From Anaeromyxobacter sp. (GTDB lineage Bacteria; Myxococcota; Myxococcia; Myxococcales; Anaeromyxobacteraceae): 64,000 nt of DNA. Shown here in pieces: positions 57,173 through 64,000 of this stretch; the stretch's first letter is position 1; every line of letters starts with the position of its first letter. The DNA lies in NCBI GenBank assembly GCA_049840735.1, contig JASGJN010000002.1, positions 96,001 through 160,000 of the forward strand, read 5' to 3'. The notes under the pieces were generated by a model. It did not search any database and was not told the DNA's origin. It was given only the letters and a program-made list of their open reading frames with translations. A program made the position numbers and the translations under genes.

Positions 57173-58291
57173 CAATCGTCCACGGCGCGATCGGTCCGGC
57201 GCACGCCCAGCAGGTAGGGCGTGATGAACCCGTCCAGCTCGCCGTCCAGCACCTCGTCCACCTTGCCCGTCTCCACCCCGGTGCGCAGGTCCTTCACCAT
57301 CCGGTAGGGCTGGAGCACGTAGCTGCGGATCTGCGAGCCGAAGTCGATGTCCTTCTTCTGCGCCTCGACGGCGTCGCGCGCGGCGGCGCGCTTGCGCTCC
57401 TCCAGCTCGTAGAGGCGCGAGCGGAGGATCTTCCAGGCCACCGACCGGTTCTTCTGCTGGCTGCGCTCGTTCTGGACCGCCACCACGATGCCGGTGGGCA
57501 GGTGGGTCATGCGGACGGCGGAGTCGGTCTTGTTGACCTTCTGGCCGCCGGCGCCGGAGGAGCGGTAGGTGTCGATGCGGACGTCGGCCTCCTTGATGTC
57601 GATGACGATGTCGTCGTCGATCTCCGGGGTCACGTCCACGGCGGCGAAGGCGGTCTGGCGGCGGGCGTTCTGGTCGAACGGGCTGATGCGCACCAGGCGG
57701 TGCACGCCGCGCTCGGCCTTGAGGAAGCCGAAGGCGTTGGGGCCGCGGGCGATGAAGGACGCCTGCGAGATGCCGGCCTCCTCGCCGGCCACCAGGTCGG
57801 CGGGCTCGACCTCCCAGCCCTTGCGCTCGCAGTAGCGGGCGTACATCCGGTAGAGCATGGCCGCCCAGTCCATGGCGTCCACGCCGCCCGCGCCGCTCTT
57901 CACCTCGACGATGGCGCCGGCGCCGTCGTGCGGGCCGGAGAGCATGCGCTGGAACTCCAGCGCCTGCACCTCCACCTCCAGCGCGTCCAGGGCCTGGGCC
58001 GCCTCGCCCCGGGCGGCCTCGTCCCGGGCCTCCTCGGCCAGCTCGTGCAGCGCCTGGGCGTCCTCCAGCGCGCGCCGGGTCCGGTCGAAGCCGACCGTCA
58101 CGCCCTCCAGCCCGGCCTTCTCCTTCAGCAGCCCCTGGGCCCTGGCGGCGTCGCCCCAGAAGGCCGGGTCCTCCGACATCCGGGCGATCTCGGCCACCCG
58201 GTTGGCCTTGCGGTCGACGTCAAAGAGACCCCCGCAGCCCCTCGAGGCGGCGAGTCAGGTCGGCGAGGCGCTCGGCGTTGGGTGCGGCCAT
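57172..58291 (-). CDS. prfB: Peptide chain release factor 2 with programmed +1 frameshift
   Basis: SPF and GGQ motifs; 23-codon first ORF ending GGGGG-TCT-CTT-TGA-C at 58219-58225. Confidence 0.97.
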
Positions 58292-58309
58292 GGCTCGATC
58301 TCCGTTCGG

Positions 58310-60001
58310 TCAGGCGGCGGGGCGGCGTCGCCGGAGGGCCAGGCCCAGCGCGGCCAGGGTGGCGGCCACGCAAGCCCAGGCGAAGAGGTCGCCCAACCTA
58401 GTGTAGAGCGTGCGCCCCTGCAATCGCGGCACGTCGGTCACCAGCAGGCCGGGCGGCTCGTCGAGGCGGGGCGCCAGGTCCGGGTCCACCGGCCCCACCT
58501 CCAGCCACCCCGGCGCCAGCTCCCCGGTGGGCAGGATCACCGCCGAGACCCCGGCGTAGGCCGGGCGGATCACCGCCCGCCCGGTCTCGATGGCGCGCAT
58601 GCGCACGATGGCCAGGAACTGGTACGGGCCGGACGAGTAGCCGTACCAGGCGTCGTTGGTGGCGTTGACGAGCAGGTCCGGGGCGGGCTGCTGGGCCGCG
58701 AAGGCCCGCGCCACCTCCGGGAAGATGGCGTCGAAGCAGATGAGCGGCGCCAGCCGCACCGGCTCGGCCGGCGCCAGCGCCGCCGGGGTGGCCGCGCCGG
58801 GGCGCGGGGTGAAGGCCAGCACCCGCAGCTCGGAGCCGGGCGCGACGGCCGCCACGCTGGGGACGACCTTGTCCACGAACGGCAGGAGCGTCTTGACGAT
58901 GGAGGGGACGTACTCGCCGAAGGGGACCAGGTGGTGCTTGCGGTAGGAGCCGAGGCGCTCCAGCTCGGGCGTGAGCAGGAACTGCTCGTTGCCCACGCGG
59001 TAGTGGAGCTCGCCGCCGTCGCCCCGGAGCCGCTCCAGCGTGGCCACGCCCATGAGCAGGTGCGCCCGCGCCAGGCGCGGGAGGCCGGCCTCGGGATCGT
59101 CGAACGAGGTGATCCCGGGCGGCACGTAGAGCGGATAGGCCGCCTCGGGCCAGGCCACCAGGTCGGCGCCGCGCCGGTCGGCCTCCAGCGTGGGCGGCAC
59201 CAGGCGGCCCAGGATGTAGGCGGCGTTCTCGCGGGCGGCGTTCTTGGTGGACTGGTCGACGTTGGGCTGGACCACCCCCACGCGCACGCTGGGCGCGGCG
59301 GCCATGGCCGCCCGGACGCCGCGCAGGTGCCAGGTCCCCCCGGCCACCACCAGCGCCACCAGCGCACCCACGGCCGCCACCGGCCGCCAGCGCCAGCCGC
59401 CGCCGGCGCGACGGGCCACCCACGCCTCGGCGAGCGCGGCGTTGACGGCGGCCACCAGCGCCGCCACGCCGTAGACGCCGGTCACCGCGGCCAGCTGCGC
59501 CACCGGGAGCGTGCGCACCTGCGTGTAGCCGAGGTCGGCCCAGGGGAAGCCGGAGAAGAGGTAGTTGCGCAGGAGCTCGGCGGCCGCCCAGGCCGGCGGG
59601 AGGTGCAGGTGGAGGGGCCAGCCCAGGCGCGCCCGGATGCGGTGGGCCACCGCGAAGAGCAGCGCCCAGTGCCCGGCCATGTAGAGCACCAGCAGCGCCA
59701 GCGCGGGCAGCGCCGCGACGGCGGGGAGCCCGCCGAACGCGGTCATGGCGTGGGAGACCCACCAGATGGCGACCCAGAAGTAGGTGAAGCCGGCCAGGAG
59801 CCCGAGCGCCGCCGCGCCGCGGGTGCGCCGGGCGCCGATGAGCGCCACCAGCGCCGGGACCAGCCCGACCCAGGCCAGGAGCTCGAGGTGGCCGGCGGGG
59901 TCCACCTCGCGGAGCGAGCCGTAGGGCACCGCCAGCGGCAGGGCCAGGGCGGTGAGCAGGCCGGAGGCGACGGCGAGGAGCGGGAGGCGGAGACGGCGCA
60001 T
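58310..60001 (-). CDS. lnt: Apolipoprotein N-acyltransferase
   Basis: GFPW, QPN, WPE, YRKHHLVPFGEY, ICFD, TNDAWY, RAIE; canonical phoH-ybeY-lnt-prfB position. Confidence 0.95.
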   Translation of the reverse strand: MRRLRLPLLAVASGLLTALALPLAVPYGSLREVDPAGHLELLAWVGLVPALVALIGARRTRGAAALGLLAGFTYFWVAIWWVSHAMTAFGGLPAVAALPALALLVLYMAGHWALLFAVAHRIRARLGWPLHLHLPPAWAAAELLRNYLFSGFPWADLGYTQVRTLPVAQLAAVTGVYGVAALVAAVNAALAEAWVARRAGGGWRWRPVAAVGALVALVVAGGTWHLRGVRAAMAAAPSVRVGVVQPNVDQSTKNAARENAAYILGRLVPPTLEADRRGADLVAWPEAAYPLYVPPGITSFDDPEAGLPRLARAHLLMGVATLERLRGDGGELHYRVGNEQFLLTPELERLGSYRKHHLVPFGEYVPSIVKTLLPFVDKVVPSVAAVAPGSELRVLAFTPRPGAATPAALAPAEPVRLAPLICFDAIFPEVARAFAAQQPAPDLLVNATNDAWYGYSSGPYQFLAIVRMRAIETGRAVIRPAYAGVSAVILPTGELAPGWLEVGPVDPDLAPRLDEPPGLLVTDVPRLQGRTLYTRLGDLFAWACVAATLAALGLALRRRRPAA

Positions 60002-60054
60002 GGCGAGGCGGCAGGGTCAGTCTTGTAACGGGCGGGCGGGGGCGCCGGGCGCCC

Positions 60055-60441
60055 TCAGCGGCCCTTGGCGGGCGTCCCGGCGGAGGCCGCCGGGGCGGCT
60101 GGCTCGACCTCGACCGCAGGCCCCTGCCCGGCCTCGTAGGCGGCGGCCGCGGCCAGGTAGTAGGCGACCGCCTCGCGGACCAGGTGCCCGACCGGGCGGC
60201 CCAGGCGCGTGGCGGTGGCCTCGATGGCCCCGGCGGAATCCGATGGCATGCGCACCGGGACGACGCGGGCCTGGGCCAGGGCGGCCTCCAGCCGCTCGAG
60301 CGCCTGGCTGGGCCGGGAGACGCGGAAGTCCCCGGCCTCGATCATCTCCTTGATGCGGCGCGCGAGGTCCTCGCGCGTGTACCACGCGCCGTCGAGCCAG
60401 ACCGCCTCGGCGTCGAGATCGATGTCGGCGAACGGATCCAT
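60055..60441 (-). CDS. Ribbon-helix-helix domain protein
   Basis: VVPVRMP...IEATATRLGRPVGHLVREAVAYYL; GAGGAG SD before ATG 60441. Confidence 0.7.
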   Translation of the reverse strand: MDPFADIDLDAEAVWLDGAWYTREDLARRIKEMIEAGDFRVSRPSQALERLEAALAQARVVPVRMPSDSAGAIEATATRLGRPVGHLVREAVAYYLAAAAAYEAGQGPAVEVEPAAPAASAGTPAKGR

Positions 60442-60924
60442 CGCTCCTCGGCCTCGCGCGCGCTCTCCGCGCGCCCTGCGTTGCCCAGCGCTGCCCCGAC
60501 CAGCCCCTCGACCCGCGCCAGCGCGGCCTCCTGCGCCGCCATCCGGCGTGCCTCCTCCGGCCGCTCGTGGTCGTGGCCGAGCAGGTGGAGGATCCCGTGG
60601 GCGAGGTACCGATTCGAGCTCCGAACCCACGGAGCGCCCCTCGGCCCGGGCACGGCGGCTGGCCGTGTCGAGCGAGATTACCACGTCGCCGAGCAACGAC
60701 CCAGCGCCCGGAGGCTCGCTGATGGGAAACGACAGCACGTCGGTGGCCTGGTCCTTCCCGCGCCACTCCCGGTTGAGCGTCCGGATGCGCCGATCGCCGA
60801 CCAGCAGCACCGAGAGCTCGGCGTCCTCGCGGCCCAGCGCGGCCAGGTAGGCGGCGGCCTGGCGCCGCAGGCGGCGCGCGGCGGCGGCTCCGCGGCGGTG
60901 CTCGCTGGTGAGCCGGACGATCAC
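60342..60924 (-). CDS. ybeY: rRNA maturation RNase YbeY; apparent +1 frameshift near 60613
   Basis: LNREWRGKDQATDVLSF, LGDVVIS, then HGILHLLGHDH in the next frame. Confidence 0.9.
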
Positions 60925-63266
60925 GAGGACCTCGCCAGGAGCCGCACGGGCGGCGCGCCGGCGGGCTCGGGAGGCCGGCCGGGGGCGCCAGGGCCGGCCC
61001 GGTGGATGGCGTCCAGCGCCCGCACCATGGCGGCGGCCACGGCGGTCAGGTCGCGCAGGGTCAGCTCGCAGTCGTCCAGCTGGCCGTCGGCGAAGATCTC
61101 GTCGATGCGCGCCTCCACCAGCTGCCGGAGCGGCTCGCCGGTGGGGGTGTCGAGCGCGCGGGAGGAGGCCTCGCAGGCGTCGGCGATCATCACCAGGGCC
61201 GATTCCCGCGACTGCGGGCGCGGCCCGGGGTAGCGGAAGAGCGACTCGTCGAGCGGCCCGCGGGCGCTGCCGTCCTCGACGGCGCGCCGGGCCTGCTCCC
61301 AGAAGATGCCGGTGCGGCGGGTGCCGTGGTGCTCGGCGATGGCGTCGCGGACCGGGCGCGGCAGCTTCCAGCGCCGGGCCAGCTCCAGCCCGTCGGTCAC
61401 GTGGCGCTTCACCACCAGCGCGCCCATCGACGGCGCCTGCGGGTCCTGGCGGGTGTCGCCGCGCTGGTTCTCCTCGAAGGCCAGCGGGTTCCGGGTCTTC
61501 CCGATGTCGTGGTAGTAGGCGCAGACCCGCGCCAGCAGCGGGTTGGCGCCGATGGCCTGCGCGCCGGCCTCCACCAGGGCCCCCATCACGATGGCGTGGT
61601 GGTAGGTGCCCGGGGCCTGGATGATGAGCTCCTTGAGCGCCGGGTGGTTGAGGTTCGCGAGCTCCAGCAGCCCCTGGTCGGTGACGTAGCCGAAGATCCC
61701 CTCCACCAGCGGCAGGAAGCAGACCACCGCCAGCGGGACCACCAGCAGGCCGCCGAGGAAGGCCGAGAGCGCGTTGGCCGCCACGTCGGAGGGCGAGAGA
61801 CCCGCGTTGAGCCCCAGCGCCGCCACCACGCCCGCGCCCACCAGCCCCACGCCGGCGCCGGTCCGGAAGTGGCGCGCCCGGTCCTGGCCGCCGGACGGGA
61901 GCCCCGCGGCGGCGATGGAGGTGAGCGTGGCGTAGACGGCGTAGCCGGGCGACTGCGGCGCGAGCAGGCCGCTGGCCAGCCCCGCCGCCAGCGCGAAGAG
62001 CAGCGCCACCTCGGCGGAGAGCACCTGGCGCACCAGCAGCGCGCCGGCCGCGACCGGCAGGAGGTACTGGAGCGCGTTGGGGGGCAGCCCGGGCAGGCGC
62101 TCGTGCAGCTCGCCCACCACCGCCAGGCCGGCGGCGGCCAGGCCCAGGGTGCCGATCAGCGACGAGGCCAGGAAGGTGGAGTCGCGGCGGCCCGGCTTGA
62201 AGCGCGGCAGGTTGCGGCGGGCGAAGACCCAGAGCAGCGCCACCACCAGCGCCACCAGCGCGCCGCCGCCCAGGCGGACGTGCGTGAGATCCTGCCCCGC
62301 GCCCTGCGCGCGCATGCCGTCGAGGATCACCAGGTGGCGCTCCTCGATCACCTCGCCCTCGGAGAGCACCCGCTCACCGCGCTTCACCGCCAGCACCACC
62401 GGCTTCACCGCGGCCCGGGCCTCGGCCCGCCGCCGATCGGTCTCGGCCTGCGCCTGGACCAGGGTGGGCCGGACCATGGCCGAGGCGATGCGCACCGCCG
62501 CCGCCCGCAGCGCCGGCTTCTCCGAGGCCAGCCGCGCGGCGCCGGTCTGGGCTACCTCCGCGCGCGCCGAGGCCACGTCGCGGACCAGGGCCAGATCCGA
62601 GTCCACCCGCTCGCCCTGCAGCTCGCCGCCCACCGCGCTGCGGACCGCCAGCCCCTGCTGCCGGTCGGCCGCCAGGAGCTGCAGGTCCTCCACCACCATG
62701 CCGGCCAGGCCGCGCTGCGCCAGCGCCACGATCTCGCGCTCCACCTGCTCGGAGAAGCGGGCCGCCGAGAGCGCCGCCAGGTCCTCGTCGCGCACCACCA
62801 CCTGCAGCCGCGAGACGAAGGCGCCCCGCTGCGCGCTCCAGCGGCGGGCCAGCTCGCCGGGGGCCGGCGTGGGCGTGGCCGCGAGCAGGGCGGACTCCTC
62901 CTCGCGCATCACCTGGAAGGCGGCCCGGACGCGGGCCGCGGCCTCGTCCCCGGCGCCCACGTCGCGGTCGTAGACCGGCCGGACCGCGCCGGCGGCCTCG
63001 GACCGGCGCCGCGCGGTCGCCTCCTGATCCTCGATGTCGTAGTCGCGATCGGCGCGGACGGTGGCCGGGGCGGGCGTGCCCAGCTTGTCGTGGCCCGGCA
63101 GGCGGACCAGCGAGGTCGGGGAGAGCAGCCAGCCGGCCGCGCCGCCCACGCAGGCCACCAGGGCCAGCGCCAGGAGCTGGCGGGTCCATTCGCGACGCGA
63201 CCGCCGTCCTGCCTCGGCCGGGCGGGGGCTCTCGGGGGTGGGTGGCACGGCGAGCCAGACTGTCAC
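60921..63266 (-). CDS. 7TM-HD phosphohydrolase (PgpH-like)
   Basis: Extracellular domain, multiple TMs, APGTYHH, YYHDIGK, EHHGT, FRYPGP.P, IADACEA. Confidence 0.92.
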   Translation of the reverse strand: MTVWLAVPPTPESPRPAEAGRRSRREWTRQLLALALVACVGGAAGWLLSPTSLVRLPGHDKLGTPAPATVRADRDYDIEDQEATARRRSEAAGAVRPVYDRDVGAGDEAAARVRAAFQVMREEESALLAATPTPAPGELARRWSAQRGAFVSRLQVVVRDEDLAALSAARFSEQVEREIVALAQRGLAGMVVEDLQLLAADRQQGLAVRSAVGGELQGERVDSDLALVRDVASARAEVAQTGAARLASEKPALRAAAVRIASAMVRPTLVQAQAETDRRRAEARAAVKPVVLAVKRGERVLSEGEVIEERHLVILDGMRAQGAGQDLTHVRLGGGALVALVVALLWVFARRNLPRFKPGRRDSTFLASSLIGTLGLAAAGLAVVGELHERLPGLPPNALQYLLPVAAGALLVRQVLSAEVALLFALAAGLASGLLAPQSPGYAVYATLTSIAAAGLPSGGQDRARHFRTGAGVGLVGAGVVAALGLNAGLSPSDVAANALSAFLGGLLVVPLAVVCFLPLVEGIFGYVTDQGLLELANLNHPALKELIIQAPGTYHHAIVMGALVEAGAQAIGANPLLARVCAYYHDIGKTRNPLAFEENQRGDTRQDPQAPSMGALVVKRHVTDGLELARRWKLPRPVRDAIAEHHGTRRTGIFWEQARRAVEDGSARGPLDESLFRYPGPRPQSRESALVMIADACEASSRALDTPTGEPLRQLVEARIDEIFADGQLDDCELTLRDLTAVAAAMVRALDAIHRAGPGAPGRPPEPAGAPPVRLLARSS

Positions 63267-63396
63267 CCGGACGCCAGGATGGCAACGGTCAAGCGGGTGG
63301 GATACCGGGGGAGGCCTCGGACCTCGGGCCTCGGACCTCAGGTGAAGGTCGAGCGACGCCTCTCCCGAGGCCTGCAGCCTGGGGCCTGAGGCCCGG

Positions 63397-64000
63397 TCAG
63401 GCCTCCGGGTCCCGGGGCCCCGCCGCCTGCGCGGGCTCCCCGCCCCGGCGCGCCTCGCGCGGCAGCTTCCGCTCCGCCTCGTAGGCGTCGTACGCGCGCA
63501 CCACCTCCTGCACCAGCGGGTGGCGGACCACGTCGATCTCGCTGAACTGGCAGAACGAGACCCCCTCCACCCCGCGCAGCACCTTCTGGACCTCGACCAG
63601 CCCGGAGGCGCGGGCGGACGGCAGGTCGACCTGGGTCACGTCTCCGGTCACCACCGCCTTCGAGCCGTAGCCGAGCCGGGTGAGGAACATCTTCATCTGC
63701 TCCTCGGTGGTGTTCTGCGCCTCGTCGAGGATGATGAAGGCGTCGTTGAGCGTGCGGCCGCGCATGAAGGCCAGCGGCGCGACCTCCACCGTGCCGCGCT
63801 CGATGAGCGCCGACGCCTTCTCGTAGTCCACCATGTCGAAGAGCGCGTCGTGGAGCGGGCGCAGGTAGGGGTTCACCTTCTCGGCGATGTCGCCGGGCAG
63901 GAAGCCCAGCCGCTCCCCGGCCTCCACGGCCGGGCGCGTGAGGACGATCCGCTTCACCTTGCGATCGACCAGGAACGAGAACCGCCATGGCCATGGCCAG
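63397..64000 (-). CDS. phoH: PhoH-family ATPase (5' end outside the window)
   Basis: [45 protein letters not shown]. Confidence 0.95.
   Translation of the reverse strand, partial: WPWPWRFSFLVDRKVKRIVLTRPAVEAGERLGFLPGDIAEKVNPYLRPLHDALFDMVDYEKASALIERGTVEVAPLAFMRGRTLNDAFIILDEAQNTTEEQMKMFLTRLGYGSKAVVTGDVTQVDLPSARASGLVEVQKVLRGVEGVSFCQFSEIDVVRHPLVQEVVRAYDAYEAERKLPREARRGGEPAQAAGPRDPEA

Noticed and set aside
60055..60441. Toxin-antitoxin antitoxin
   Set aside because: No adjacent toxin-like ORF; embedded in a housekeeping operon.

Overview
Very GC-rich core-chromosome segment of a myxobacterium, most likely Anaeromyxobacter-like (inferred from gene content: AglZ-like protein, multiheme cytochromes, myxobacterial HNH family). 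It carries housekeeping blocks: metF/greB, engB, coaE, TPR-dnaK-dnaJ, argF-argD-hslU-hslV-xerC, trmFO, exbB/exbD/exbD, topA-dprA, lysM-cpoB-pgeF, a diguanylate cyclase, aglZ, pilT, and prfB-lnt-ybeY-7TM-HD-phoH. Interspersed accessory genes include a decaheme OmcA/MtrC-type cytochrome and an SGNH hydrolase/second Lnt module. The strongest candidate for an undescribed system is at 10444-12480. There a DUF222-like HNH endonuclease gene lies next to a non-coding tandem array of ten 41-bp repeats. A further repeat copy sits at the far end of the gene, and a perfect 15-bp inverted (anti-repeat) copy lies between gene and array. Other notable points: most apparent frameshifts are single-base insertions at or beside GATC (a likely DNA-modification/basecalling signature), there are two families of REP-like palindromic repeats, a 180-bp duplication triplicates the aglZ 3' end, and an isolated candidate sigma54-driven small transcript lies at about 46.7-47.0 kb. 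All calls come from reading the sequence; no database searches were run.
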